DNA of 64,000 nt. It comes from Pristiophorus japonicus. Taxonomy: Eukaryota. A program made the position numbers and the translations under genes. The DNA is taken from positions 23,312,001 through 23,376,000 of the forward strand of contig NC_091994.1 in the NCBI RefSeq assembly GCF_044704955.1, read 5' to 3'. Shown one piece after another: positions 50,178 to 63,830 of the stretch (position 1 is its first letter; every line of letters begins with the position of its first letter). The notes under the pieces are model-generated. The model did not search any database. It was given only the letters and a program-made list of their open reading frames with translations, and was not told the DNA's origin.

Positions 50178-51482
50178 GAAACATAGAAACATAGAAAATA
50201 GGTGCAGGAGTAGACCATTCGGTCCTTCGAGCCTGCACCCCCATTCAATATGATCATGGCTGATCATTCACTTCAGTACCCCACTCCTGCTTTCTCTCCA
50301 TACCTCTTGATCCCCTTAGCTGTAAGGGCCATATCTAACTCTCTCTTGAATATATCCAATGAACTGGCATCAATAACTCTCTGCTGCAGGGAATTCCATA
50401 GGTTAACAACTCTGAGTGAAGAAGTTTCTCCTCATCTCGGTCCTAAATGGCCTACCCCTTATCCTAAGACTATGTCCCCTGATTCTGGACTTCCCCAACA
50501 TCGGGAACGTTCTTCCCACATCTAACCTGTCCAGTACCATCAGAATCTTGTACGTTTCTATGAGATCCCCTCTCATCCTTCTAAACTCCAGTGAATAAAG
50601 GCCCAGTTGATCCAATCTCTCTCCTCATATGACAGCCTAGCCATCCCTGGAGTCAGTCTGGTGAACCTTTGCTGCACTCCCTCAATAGCAAGAACGTCCT
50701 TCCTCAGATTAGGAGACCATTCAGATAATAATCTGCCTTCCTGTTTTTACCACCAAAGTGGATAACCTCACATTTATCTATATTATACCGCATCTTCCAT
50801 GTATTTGCCCACTCACCTAACCTGTCCAAGTCACCCTGCAGCCTCTTAGAATCCTCCTCACAGCTCACACTGCCACCCAACTTAGTGTCATCTGCAAACT
50901 TGACGATATTACATTCAGTTCCTTCGTCTAAATCATTAATGTATTTTGTAAATAGCTGGGGTCCCAGCACTGAACCTTGCAATACCCCACTAGTCACTGC
51001 TGCCATTCTGAAAAGGACCTGTTTATTCCTACTCATTGCTTCCTGTCTGCCAATCACTTCTCTATCCACATCAGTACATTACCCCCAATACCATGTGCTT
51101 TAATTTTACACACTAATCTCTTGTGTGAGACCTTGTCCAAAGTCTTTTGAAAGTCTAAATACACCACATCCACTGGCTCCATCTTGTCCGCTCTACTAGT
51201 TACATCCTCAAAAAATTCTAGAAGATTTGTCAAGCATGATTTCCCTTTCATAAATCCATGCTGCCTTGGACTGATCCTGTCACTGCTTTCCAAATGTGCT
51301 GCTTTTACATCTTTAATAATTGATTCCAACATTTTCCCCATCACTGATGTCAGGCTGATCGGTCTATAATTCCCAGTTTTCTCTCCTCCCTTTTTTAAAA
51401 AGTGGGGTTACTTTAGCTACCCTCCAGTCCATAGGAACTTATCCAGAGTCTATAGAATGTTGGAAAATGACCACCAATGCTC
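50178..51482 (-). mobile_element. 5'-truncated CR1 LINE with an internal deletion
   Basis: RT motifs QHGF, YLDFQK, QGSVLGP and FADDTK; gaaacata tail; ~0.2 kb missing at 50718 relative to the 46.9-kb copy. Confidence 0.9.
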
Positions 51483-54151
51483 CCATAGGTAAGCCTATCG
51501 CTTATGCAGATTGCATCCTGTTCACAAAGAAATATGGGATGCTCTGCCCTGTATGACCACATACCCACTGATTTATTTGTCTCTGGATTATTTGCAGGAC
51601 AACGCTTTGCACCCACAACACTTCAGGAATTGACTACCCAGGCACTTTCACATCAGATTGAACTACCTAACAAGTTTATACTCGTTTAGAGAAACAAGCA
51701 GTAACAGAAAGTTATTGAATTTAATCCAAATATCATAGCAGCTTTGAACTAGTTCAAGAAAATATCAGACAAATGAGTATGTTGAGTTCCTTTGATTGGC
51801 TTCCTTTTTAGAACTTTCCAAAATTGGCAAACACTTCTTGGAAAGGAAATGAAATGAGCACCCAATCCCTGCCTGTTGGTCTTTCCTGGAATTACTTGGG
51901 TATTCCTACACATGCCATGTTTCTGGCTTTCTCAAAAGCAATTACTTGTTTTTTTTTTTTCCATACCCAGTTCTCACCTTTGCGCAATAACACATGTAGG
52001 GGTTCCAAGAGGATGCTTAACCTCGGTAGGAAGTTACCAAAATAGTTGAGTCCCAGGAACGACCGCAGCTCCGTGACATTCTGTGGCCTGGGCGCGTTCC
52101 TGATAGCCTCTGTCTTGGTGTCTGTGGGCCGAATGCCGTCTGCCACGATCTTTCTCCCCAAAATCTCCACTTCTGTTGCCATGAAGACCATTTTGGCCTC
52201 TTCAGCCGCAGCCCTACACGATCCAGTCGCTGGAGGACCTCCTCCAGGTTTTGTAGGTGCTCGACGGTGTCCCGACCCGTGACCAATATGTCGTCCTGAA
52301 AAACCACAGTGCGTGGTACCGACTTGAATAGGCTCTCCATGTTTCTCTGGAAGATCGCTGCAGCCAACCAAATTCTAAACGGGCATCTGTTGTAGATGAG
52401 CAGTCCCTTATGCATGTTGATGCAGGTGAGGCCCTTCGAAGACTCCTCCAGCTCCTACATCATGTAGGCCGAAGGTTGAGCTTGGTCAACGTCTTGCCTC
52501 CTGCCAGCGTCGCAAATAGGTCGTCTGCCTTGGGTAGCGGGTATTGGTCCTGTAGCGAGAAACGATTAATAGTTACTTTATAATCGCCGCAAATCCTGAC
52601 CGTGCCATCACTTTTGAGTACTAGAACAATTGGGCTGGCCCACTCGCTGAATTCCACTGGGGAGATGATGCCCTCACGTTGCAGCCTGTCCAGCTCGATT
52701 TCCACACTCTCCCTCATCATGTGAAGTACCGCTCGTGCCTTGTGGTGAATGGGTCGTGCCTCTGGGACCAAGTGTATCCTCACCTTCGCCCCGGAAAAGT
52801 TTCCAATGCCAGGCTCAAAAAGGGAAGGAAATTTAAGAACCTGGGTACATGAGGCCTCATCGACATGTGATAGCGCTCGGATGTCATCCCAGTTCCAGCG
52901 GATTTTGCCCAGCCAGCGCCTTCCAAGCAGTGTGGGGCCATCGCCCGGGACAATCCAGAGTGGCAGTTTGTGTACCGTGTCCTCGTAGGTGACCTTGACC
53001 ATGGCGCTGCCCAGGACAGTGATAAGCTCTTTGGTGTATATTCTCAGTTTCGTGTGGATGGGGCTCAGGGCTGGTCTGAATGCCTTGTTGCACCACAGTC
53101 TCTCAAACATCTTTTTACTCATGATGGATTGGCTAGCGCCAGTGTCCAGTTCCATGGCTACAGGTAAGCCATTCAATTTTACGTTTAGCATTATAGGTGG
53201 ACATTTCGTCTCAAATGTGTGCAGCCTGTGTACTTCAGCATTTGCCTCCTCTCTCTGAGGCTCGAAATTGCCTTGATCCACCATGGACCAATCTTCCTCT
53301 GCCACTTGATTAGCAGGTTTTGCAGAGCTTGCAGCTCGTCTGCAAGCTCATTGGAGATGCCCCATTGTTCCACAGCTCTTGCAAACATACCCTTTGAAGC
53401 GGCATGAATAGGCTGAATGGAAGCCTCCACAACGCCAACAGGGTGTGAATTGCCTTGCATTCATCCTTTGTTGCGGACTCAGTCATCTGGGTCACCTGAG
53501 GCCTGCTGGTAGTTGCAGACTCGTGGTTTCCACCCTGTACATTTCTGCTCGCAAACAAAGTTCCAGTTAATTTATGAACATTGCTAGCACTTGTGTGCTG
53601 AGAGATTTGTTTGGTGTGTTATCACTGGTGGACATAAACGCCTGTGCTATCGCAATGGCCTTACTGAGGGTCGGTGTCTCTACAGCCAAAAGTTTTTGTC
53701 GGATGGTCTCGTGGCCAATGCCCAGTACAAAGAAGTCTCTGAGCATTTATTCCAGGTAGCCATCAAACTCACATTGTCCTGAAAGTCGCATTAGCTCGGC
53801 GACGTAACTCGCCACTTCCTGACCTTCAGATCGCTGGCACGTACAGAACCGATACCTCGCCATCAGCACGCTCTCCCTCGGGTTAAGATGCTCCCGAACC
53901 AGTGTATATAGCTCCTCATATGACTTATGAGTTTCACCAGAGCCAGAAGATTCTTCATGAGGCTGTAGGTCGGTGCCCCGCAGACCGTGAGGAGGACCAC
54001 TTTCCTTTTTGCAGCGCTTCCTTCTCTGTCCAGCTCGTTGGCTACAAAGTACTGGTCTAGCCACTCGACATAGGCATTTTCAGTCCTCACCCTCCGAGAA
54101 CTTCTCCAGGATACCCACAGTTTGCTGCATCTTTGCGTTGGATTCATATAT

Positions 54152-54160
54152 TCGTCGCCA
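54152..54160 (-). promoter_or_regulatory. Primer-binding site TGGCGACGA (tRNA-Ser(GCU)-type)
   Basis: Lies 2 nt after the LTR end; complementary to the ...UCGUCGCCA tRNA 3' end. Confidence 0.7.
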
Positions 54161-54162
54161 GT

Positions 54163-54374
54163 TGTTGTTGTTCCTAACACAGATGAGACTGCACACAGGG
54201 AGGTTAAAGTAACAGTGACCTCAGTCTTTATTAAGAAACTCCAGGGTGAGGAACAGGCCTTAGGGGCCGACTTATATACAGTGCTCCCAAGGGATGCTGG
54301 GATCCCTTGGGACTTCAGGGGATGCACTCCCTGGTGGCGGAACGTGGGAGTGCAAGCTTTACAGATACACAACA
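54163..54374 (-). repeat. 5' LTR (212 bp)
   Basis: TGTTG...CAACA termini; minus-strand TATATAAG (54271-78) and AATAAA (54227-32). Confidence 0.85.
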
Positions 54375-56827
54375 GACTTGACTTGCTTTTCTCATTTATA
54401 CTTTACGCTGAGTAAAGGGAGTTGAAGACATTCAAAAGGTGCTTTTACTTGATGTCTTCTCCCTATGTAGGGAATTGCAGGCTTGAACCTTGTTCTGTTA
54501 TTCTAGAGTGCAGTGACCTGGAGCACTAATCTGTTGCACTAATGCAGAACATAAAGTACATTTAATGGGTCTGTTCTGAAATGGGGTGATAGTTATTCAA
54601 CACTTCAATTTTACTTCAAAGGAAATTTATCAATCGTCCCTGAACAGAATGATTTTTTTTATCCCAAATAAAGGTCTTTCTCACCTCCCTATTTAATGAC
54701 CCCAAAAATCCTGATGAGGTTAAGCATTTTGGTATATTAAAAACATGTGCAAGCAGAGCTTTCTCCTGGTTTCACCTTTCTCGGCACGCAGCCATGGCAA
54801 AATCCAGGGCCAAGCTATGATAGATTTGTAACAAAATGGTAGAATAGTTGGTGATCTTCATCACCCTTGAGGAGGGACGTGGCCCAATGACAGGCATGCC
54901 TCTTTGTCAAAGCCTTTTACAAGAGAACTTGGTTTAATCAGTAGGGGATGACATTGAGAGCCATCAAGGTGGTTGGCATATAAGTTGTTCACTGTTGAAG
55001 GCAGGCAAAACAGGTTTAAAATCCAGTTGAGATGATAGATGATGGAATGTGTTAGCTGGAGGGTGCTCATTTATCCATACTTTACAAATCATGATTTAGG
55101 TCGCAGTGTAGCTGAAGTTCTGCACCTTCAGCTGGTAGAAGGGGGGTGTAAGGTGTGTGTGCATACTGTGCTCAGGAGGCTGGTGGCAATAGATTTGCAT
55201 TTTATGGTGTATTATGCTATTTTGGAAGATCGAGGCTCTCTGGCTAACTACAGCTGAAGCAAGCAATTATCAGTTCTTTCATGACAAGTTCTGACTATTT
55301 ATCAGGGAAAGGAGAGGGGTAAGTGTTGCTCTGGGATTGAATCAGCTAAAAAATGACATTCCCGGTGATGGATTGTTCATTTGTGGCAGATTTGATATTT
55401 AATCTCGATACTTAATCCAAACAATTCCACAATATTCGACAATAAATGACTTGCTGATTATTGTGTTGGAAATATGTTTGTAAGGAGATATATTTGTTGA
55501 TAATTAACCAGCCAGCCTGGTTCATTCATCGGAACTGGAATGGTTGACCTGTCACTAGGTTATGGTTTCTTCCCATTTACACACAAAGATCCAAAAAGCC
55601 AATGCTCTTAAAGCTGGTGGTTCTACTTGGGATAGCAGCAGAATGCTTACCAGTGTTGTGTGCTATCAAATGGTGTAGTTTTATATGGCTACAATCCAGC
55701 AATTCATCTATGTATATTCGGAGGTTCCTAATCCTTGGCTTTTGCCAACCTGCACCTAACTTATCAGGGCGGAGATAAATGGACTGTGTCCCTATTGGAG
55801 GAAGAGCAAATGGAAACTGCCATTATAGATTGCTCAATAGTTTTGTTGCAGTGCTTAAAACTTGGTGATGGGTTTCTGTATATATTAAACAAAAAATAAA
55901 TCTCAAATAAAGATAGGATTCATTCCAGTCATCTACTAATGGAAATAATGTGTAACTGAGTAGCCTGGATTGCTGCGCTTTAATGATGGAGCTAAGAACT
56001 GATGAGTGTTTCAATCTCCTTGTGCTTTACCTCCTTTCGAATAGGAAATTCCTATTGGTAGACTTGCATTTCCTATGAATTGAAACTATGTGTGATGTGA
56101 ACAAGATAACATGCTACAAGACTAACAATGACTCTTTTTTAACCAAGGTATTATACACTGGAGGCCTGTGTGAGATGCCCATCATGTTCTTGTCCACTTT
56201 ACAGGCAAGAATTACCACACTCCAAGGGTTAAAATCAGGCTAAATCTAATAGGAACATTTATTTACATTGAAGCAAAAACACACGACACTGGCACTTTTT
56301 CTAAGCTAAAGATTAGACCACAAGAGTTAATATATCTCCTTCAGAACAAATTTCCAACACAGTACAATAATCTGCAAGTCATTTAGAGGCCACCATCTTT
56401 TGCACACATCCTGGTGCGATGCTTGTACAAATATGCGGTGATATTCCTGCCTCTCTAAATGGAGGCCAACTTCTAAAATTTCTCTGTCAAAGATCTCCAG
56501 ATAGAGAAATATCAATCAAGCCATTTGAAAGACATATGGAATAATATGGCAAGTTAGCATTTACGCCTTGCCCCAGCCCTCTCACCTGACTAATCATTTG
56601 ACAGTGTTTAATCTGATTAGCCCCAAGTTACAACTCCTGCATTCTGGCAAATCTGCAGATCAAGGACCCTTGCCTGTACCACACAGACATCTTGGAATTG
56701 GGCTTCCATTTTCTAGCTAGCAGAGAATGAAGTTGTCACTCAACTTTGATTCAGTCAAAAACAACCAGGTTACTAGTAAATAAATATAAACTAGCACATC
56801 TCCTGTGGCATTTCTTGGGTGAATTGG

Positions 56828-59643
56828 AGGAATTAATGCAGCAATTAATGAATATGATACAATTGGCATCACGGAGACATGGCTCCAGGGTGACAAAGGC
56901 TGGGAACTCAACATCCAGGGGTATTCAACATTCAGGAAGGATAGACAGAAAGGAAAAGGAGGTGGGGTAGCATTGCTGGTTAAAGAGGAAATTAACTCAA
57001 CAGTAAGGAAGGATATTAGCTTGGATGATATGGAATTTGTATGGGCGGAGCTGCGGAATACCAAAGGGCAGAAAATGCTGGTGGGAGTTGTGTACAGAGC
57101 ACAAAACAGCAGTAGTGAGGTTGGGGACAGCATCAAACAAGAAATTAGGGATGCGTGCAATAAAGGTACAGCAGTTATCATGGGCGACTTTAATCTACAT
57201 ATAGATTGGGTTAACCAAGCTGGTAGCAATACGATGGAGGAGGATTTCCTAGAGTGTATTTGGGATGATTTTCTGGACCAATATGTTGAGGAATCAACTA
57301 GAGGGCTGGCCATCCTAGACTGGGTGATGTGTAATGAGAAAGGTCTAATTAGCGATCTTGTTGTGCGAGGCCCCTTGGGGAAGAGTAACCATAATATGGT
57401 AGAATTCTTTATTAAGATGGAGAGTGACACAGTTAATTCAGAGACTAGGGTCCTGAACTTGAGGAAAGGTAACTTCGATGGTATGAGACATGAATTGGCT
57501 AGAATAGACTGGCGAATGATACTTAAAGGGTTGACGGTGGATAGGCAATGGCAAACATTTAAAGATCACATGGATGAACTTCGACAATTGTACATCCCTG
57601 TCTGGCATAAAAATAAAACAGCAAAGGTGGCTCAACCGTGGCTAACGAGGGAAATTAAGGATGGTGTTAAATCCAAGGAAGAGGCATATAAATTGGCCAG
57701 AAAAAGCAGCAAACCTGAGGACTGGGAGAAATTTAGAATTCAGCAGAGGAGGACTAAGGGTTTAATTAGGAGGGGGAAAATGGAGATATGAAGAAGCTTG
57801 CCGGAAACATAAAACTGACTGCAAAAGCTTCTATAGATATGTGAAGAGAAAAAGATTAGTAAAGACAAACGTAGGTCCCTTGCAGTCCGATTCAGGTGAA
57901 TTTATAATGGGGAACAAAGAAATGGCAGACCAGTTGAACAAATACTTTGGTTCTGTCTACACGAAGGAAGACACAAATAACCTTCCGGAAGTACTAGGGG
58001 ACTGACGGTCTAGTGAGAAAGAGGAACTGAAGGATATCCTTATTAGGCGGGAAATTGTGTTAGGGAAATTGATGGCTGATAAATCCCCAGGGCCTGATAG
58101 TCTGCATCCCAGAGTACTTAAGGAAGTGGTCCTAGAAATAGTGGATGCATTGGTGATAATTTTCCAACAGTCTATCGACTCTGGATCAGTTCCTATGGAC
58201 TGGAGGCGAGCTAATGTAACACCACTTTTTAAAAAAGGAGGGAGAGAGAAAACGGGTAATTATAGACCGGTTAGCCTGACATCAGTCGTGGGGAAAATGT
58301 TGGAATCAATTATTAAAGATGAAATAACAGCACATTTGGAAAGCAGTGACAGGATCGGTCCAAGTCAACATGGATTTATGAAAGGGAAATCATGCTTGAC
58401 AAATCTTCTGGAATTCTTTGAGAATGTAACTAGTAGAATGGACAAGAGAGAACCAGTGGATGTGGTGTTTATGGACTTTCAAAAGGCTTTTGACAAGGTC
58501 CCACACAAGAGATTGGTGTGCAAAATCAAAGCACATGGTATTGGGGGTAATGTACTGACGTGGATAGAGAACTGGTTGGCAGACAGGAAGCAGAGAGTCG
58601 GGATAAACGGGTCCTTTTCAGAATGGCAGGCAGTTACTAGTGGGGTGCCGCAGGGCTCAGTGCTGGGACCCCAGCTATTTACAATATACATTAATGATTT
58701 GGATAAAAGAGTTGAGTGTAATATCTCTAAGTTTGCAGATGACACTAAACTGGGTGGCGGTGAGAGGAGGACGCTAAGAGGCTGCAGGGTGACTTGGACA
58801 GGTTAGGTGAGTGGGCAAATGCATGGCAGATGAAGTATAATGTGGATAAGTGTGAGGTTATTCAATTTGGTGGCAAAAAAGGAAGGCAGAGTACTATCTG
58901 AATGGCGGCAGATTAGGAAAAGGGGAGGTGCAACGAGACCTGGGTGTCATGGTACATCAGTCATTGAAAGTTGGCATGCAGGTACAGCAGGCGGTGAAGA
59001 AGGCAAATGGTATGTTGGCCTTCATAGCTAGGAGTTTTGAATATAGGAACAGGGAGGTCTTAAAGCAGTTGTACAGGGCCTTGGTGAGGCCTCACCTGGA
59101 ATATTGTGTTCAGTTTTGGTCTCCTAATCTGAGGAAGGACGTTCTTGCTATTGAGGGAGTGCAGCGAAGGTTCACCAGACTGATTCCCGGGATGGCTGGA
59201 CTGACATATGAGGAGAGACTGGATTGACTGGGCCTTTATTCACTGGAGTTTAGAAGGATGAGAGGGGATCTCATAGAAACATCTGAAATTCTGAGGACTG
59301 GACAGGTTAGATGCAGGAAGAATATTCCCGATGTTGGGGAAGTCCAGAACCAGGGGACACAGTCTAAGGATAAGCCATTTAGGACTGAGATGAGGAGAAA
59401 CTTCTTCACTCAGAGTTGTTAACCTGCGGAATTCCCTACTGCAGAGAATTGTTGATGCCAGTTCATTGGATATATTCAAGAGTGAGTTAGATATGGCCGT
59501 TATGGCTAAAGGGATCAAGGGATATGGAGAGAAAGCAGGAAAGGGGTACTGAGGTGAATGATCGGCCGTGATCTTATTGGCTGGTGGTGCAGGCTCGAAG
59601 GGCCGAATGGCCTACTCCTGCACCTATTTTCTATGTTTCTATG
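56828..59643 (+). mobile_element. CR1 LINE ORF2 (APE + RT), 5'-truncated, frameshifted
   Basis: [55 protein letters not shown] and FADDTK; ctatgttt tail. Confidence 0.93.
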
Positions 59644-59774
59644 ATGTACTGCTCTCAACAATAGCAGTGTTATCAACATAATGTGACGGGGAAAACGTGA
59701 TACTTAATGGTCGTGTGCACTATATATGCTTTATGCAAATAGAAATGTTCTTGTTTAGGCATCACGAAGCTCTG

Positions 59775-60040
59775 CTTTCTTCAATCTGGTCTGTGCTGAA
59801 TCAGCTGATCTCAGTCTGGGTAGCCGTTGGGGCATTAAAAATGCCCTTGGACTATGGAGGAGAAAAGTTATCCAAAGTTTCTGATCCTAATTGTTAACCA
59901 GTGACCTCTGTTGGAAGGTACAAATGTTTGGATGTTTGGTCATTGGATTGGGCACTGTTATGATGCCTTGCTTAATTGAATATCCTACTGATCGCCCTGT
60001 CTAAGTTCAGGAATGAGAATACCCACTTGGGGGAAGTGCT
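59775..60040 (+). mobile_element. Ancient tRNA-derived SINE (LmeSINE1c-like)
   Basis: ggtctgtgctgaatcagctgatctcag...cagtgacctctgttggaag...ctgtctaag...ccacttggg; several diverged copies elsewhere in the window. Confidence 0.55.
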
Positions 60041-60234
60041 GCGGAGTTATTAGAACTTGTGGAAGCATCTCAGCATGTCTTCAGAAAGGGTGAAAACTTG
60101 AGCTAAAATAACATTGGGATGTTTAAAAGATGTGTGATGGCGATTACTGGAAATTCCCATGTAGCTATAGAGTGTGCCTATACTTGAGTGCCTAACAATG
60201 TTCAGATATTTCAGGTTTGTGTTTTTATGATTAG

Positions 60235-60348
60235 CTTTACTAAGGATCTGCTGTCGTTGTGGAGCTGAGTACAGTGTTTCCGTTAGTGGGAATTGTATCC
60301 GCAAAGAAGAATGCAACTACCACTGGGGACGGTTGCGCCGACATAAAG
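60235..60348 (+). CDS. REXO1: REXO1 exon 10 ([15 protein letters not shown]...[18 protein letters not shown])
   Basis: ttAG acceptor, GTGAGT donor at 60349; 114 nt, phase 1/1; Cys/His motif CCRCG...[11 protein letters not shown]. Confidence 0.93.
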
Positions 60349-60508
60349 GTGAGTTCGATATTAATATTTGAATTGACAATGAGAATTATAGAGGAATCTT
60401 ATGTGATTGTGGCATAGTTTTATGGTGGTGAATATTTGAATATATATTTTTTTTGCTGTGACCAATTTAAGATACTTCCTTTCTGTGAGCACACTGGAGT
60501 GAACATGT

Positions 60509-60825
60509 TACATAGAATATATAACACAGAAACAGACCATTCGGTGCAACTGGTGCATGCCAGTGTTTATGCTCCACACTAGCCACCTCCTACCCTACTT
60601 CATCCAACCCAATCAATGTAATGCTATTCGCCTCAACTGCTCCTTGTGGTAGCAACTTCCATATTCTAACCACTCTTTGGATAAATAAGTTTCTCCTGAA
60701 TTCCCTATTGGATTTATTAATGACTGTCTTATATTTATGACCCCTAGTTTTGGTGTCACCCACAAGTGGCAACCTCTTCTGTACATCTACCCTATGAAAC
60801 CCTTTCATAATCTTAAAGACCTCTC
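60509..60825 (-). mobile_element. CR1 3' fragment
   Basis: Minus-strand EVFKIMKGFHRVD...TRGHKYK...FRRNLFIQRVVRIWK. Confidence 0.8.
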
Positions 60826-61274
60826 TGGCTTCTGCACTAACGTTCACTCTCTGTTTCAAATGACCAGAAATACTCACTGATCCTTTCCCATATTTGCTGG
60901 GTAATGCTCAAAACTTCCATGTTAAAGTTTAACCCTGTTTGTTTACTTGTGTTTGTACTATACCATCATCATCTGCAGTTCTTAAAGGATTGAAACAAGG
61001 CCTATCGGTCATGCACAGTGATTGTTGACTAGAACAGTTTTCCAACCATGCTGTCCTTGGATATTGCCATACTTATCATTAACCATACCAAAACAATGTA
61101 TCTGCCCTTGAGATAACCTGAAGAAGTTGTTGAGATAATCACAAGGAGAGCTAAGTAGTTGCCTTTGTAGAGCAATTTCCAGCATGAATTAATCTCAACA
61201 TCTATGATAGTATAGATTCCAGTATCTTTCCTAAGTGATAGAGCATCTAGAGACAGAAAATATAATTAAAAAAT

Positions 61275-62518
61275 AGTCACCATGGATTCCAAAAGGTTAA
61301 CTAAGCAGATAGAATTATTTGAATAAATAACGAAGAGAGTAGACCAGGGTAATGCAGTAGATGTCATATACTTAGATTTTCAAAAGGTCTTCAATAAGAT
61401 CCCATGTGGTAGGCTTGTGACAAAGATTAGGGCATGTGGAGAAAGGGGATAAATAGCTAAATAGATAGAAAATTGGCTAAAAACAAGAAGTAGTGGTCAA
61501 GAGTCATTAGATTGGAGGAAGGTAGAAAGCAGTGTTCCATAAGGATCAGTTCTGAGACCACTGTTGTTCATAATTTAGAATAATGATTTGGATTTAGGAA
61601 CAAGTAAATATCCAAATTTGCAGGTACCAAACTAGGGGGGTGGTATTTAGCTAACACTGAAGAAGAATGAAACATAATACAAGAAAACTTGCAGACTGGG
61701 CAGTTAAGTGGCAAATTAACTTAACGTAGATAAATGTGAGATGATGCAGTTTGGTCGGAATAATAGAACCATCACCTACACCGAGAAAATAAGAAACTGA
61801 ATGAGGTGGAAGAGCAAAGGGATCTAGGGATACAGGTGAACAAATCATTAAAAGTAACATTGCAGGTCAGCAAAGCAATTAAAAATGTTAAAGCACTGGG
61901 ATTTATTTCTAGGTGTATAGAATTCAAAAGTAGTGAAGCTATGTTAATCTTGTATAGGACGCTGGTCAGGCTTCACTTAGAGTACTGGTGCACAGTTCTG
62001 GTCTCTGTACTATAAAAAGGACATAGAAGCACTGGAGAAAGTAAAGATTTACAAGGATGGTACCAGAACTGAGAGATTGCAGCTATCGGCAAAAATGTAA
62101 CAGATTGGACCTCTTTTTTTTCTTTAGAAAAGTGAAGACTTCGAGGTGACCTGATCAGGGTCTTTACGATTATGAACGGGTTGGTCGATGTGGAGAGAAT
62201 GTTCCCACTTGTGTGGGAATTCAAACCTAGGGGCCATAACTACAAGATAGTTACTAATAAATCCAATCGGGAAATGAGGAGAAATGTCTTTACTCAGAGT
62301 GGAGAGAATGTGGAACTTGCTGTCACAGGAAGTGGTTGAGGCAAATAGCTTAGATGCTTTCAAAAGGAAATTAGATGAGTCCATGAGAGAATAGAAAGAT
62401 AGGTTGAAAGGATGAGATGAGGCAGGTGGAATAGGAGGAGACTTGTGTGGAATATAAACACCAGCGCAGACTAGTTGGGCTGAAAGGCCTGTTTCTGTGT
62501 TGTATATTGTATGTAATT
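61275..62518 (+). mobile_element. Old CR1 RT/3' fragment
   Basis: VDVIYLDFQKV, QRDLGIQV and LYRTLVRLHLEY remnants. Confidence 0.78.
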
Positions 62519-62810
62519 TCATGATGGTCTATCATGAAGATTTTCCAGGCTCCACACTGCTGACCTCTGAAGCTACTGAGTGGCTAAAGCATGTATAATG
62601 CCGACCGAAGCCCCTTGATATTTTTGACTTGTAGTTTATCTCCTTACCTTGTAGTTTGTATTATGATTTTTCGTACAAAAAAAAAACCCACACGCAGTTC
62701 AGCAAATTGGTACGATGTGAACATTCTACTTCTGACTCCAAATGAAATTCTAGAATATATTTCTTTTTAAAATCCTATGAGAATATTTTCTAATCTTGTT
62801 TATGCTGCAG

Positions 62811-62884
62811 TATCTGGTGGTTGGGAAACACAGTACAACTGCTGTGCGGGAGCAGTGGGATCTGCAGGTTGTCAGACAGCAAAG
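62811..62884 (+). CDS. REXO1: REXO1 exon 11 ([25 protein letters not shown])
   Basis: tgcAG acceptor, AAG|GTAAGA donor; 74 nt, phase 1/0; GGWETQY.CC...GS.GCQ motif that precedes the exonuclease domain. Confidence 0.93.
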
Positions 62885-63734
62885 GTAAGAAGAACTGATA
62901 ATTAAGGGTGACCAATCGTGTACTTCATTAACTATAAGAAACAAAGAAAATGTTGTTGAGAAATACTCTTGCCCCACAGATATCTATAGTAATGTGGTGT
63001 AAATTAATTGCAGATCAGAATGTCCACACTACCTCATTTAAAGACTGGCAGCAGTAAAATAGGTGTGTAAGCACCCAAGCATTGTTTGCGAGGGTTGAAG
63101 ATTTCTTTGTACTCGAATGGGGCAGTTAATGGTAAATGGTTCTCAATTAGACTGTGTAGATTGCTTTCCCCATATGTTGATTAGGTAACAGACAACTAGT
63201 ATACAGAAAGTGGTGACATTTCTGAAGTCCCACACATCCATATATATTTCTCTTTCCTGTGTGCAAGTATCAAACTCCGTAACATCACCGTAAAGGGGGA
63301 AAAAAGAACTATCATTTTATATTGTATCTTGAGACCAACTCTGACATCCCAAAATGCTTTGCATCCAATGAGCTATTTTTGAAGTATAGTCACTGTTGTG
63401 TAGGCAAATGCAGCAGCCAATTTATACAAGAAGTTGTGTGCTTTATACAGTGAAACTGGTCCTACACTCACTCAACTGACTGACCACTGTAAAATATGAA
63501 CACTTAATGACAGTCCCAAATATTTCACATTATTAAAGATACAAGAGGCACTCTGAATTGACAGACACTCACAAATTCAATGTACCAAGCCCTATTTACT
63601 TAGTGTATTTTGCACCTTAAGGAATGGACTTGGCAGCTTGTCTTTCCTAAGGTAATGAGCTCAAAACTGAATATAGAACTCCAAATGAAGTCTGACCAGT
63701 GATCTGTGTGACTACAGCAGTACTGGGCTGCTCA

Positions 63735-63830
63735 TAAGAACATAAGTAATAGGAGCAGGAGTAGGCATTTGGCCCCTCGAGCCTGCTCTGCCATTCAATA
63801 AGATCATAGCTGATCATCTACCTTATTCCA
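63735..63830 (-). mobile_element. CR1 3' tail fragment
   Basis: cataagaacataag..aataggagcaggagtaggc...ccctcgagcctgct. Confidence 0.7.

Larger units (their letters stand above)
51912..54374 (-). mobile_element. Ty3/Gypsy (Mag-like) LTR retrotransposon, 3'-truncated: 5' LTR, PBS, gag with zinc knuckles, protease and RT; no integrase or 3' LTR
   Basis: Gag start near 54130; CWRCGG.H..C..CKSCGTMGH; protease LDTGAS; EWASPIVLV, VRICGDYKVTIN, YPLP, FQDDILV and ELRSFLGL. Confidence 0.92.

Noticed and set aside
56973-58806. Active CR1 ORF2
   Set aside because: It is 5'-truncated and broken by frameshifts between and after the 272-aa and 249-aa ORFs.
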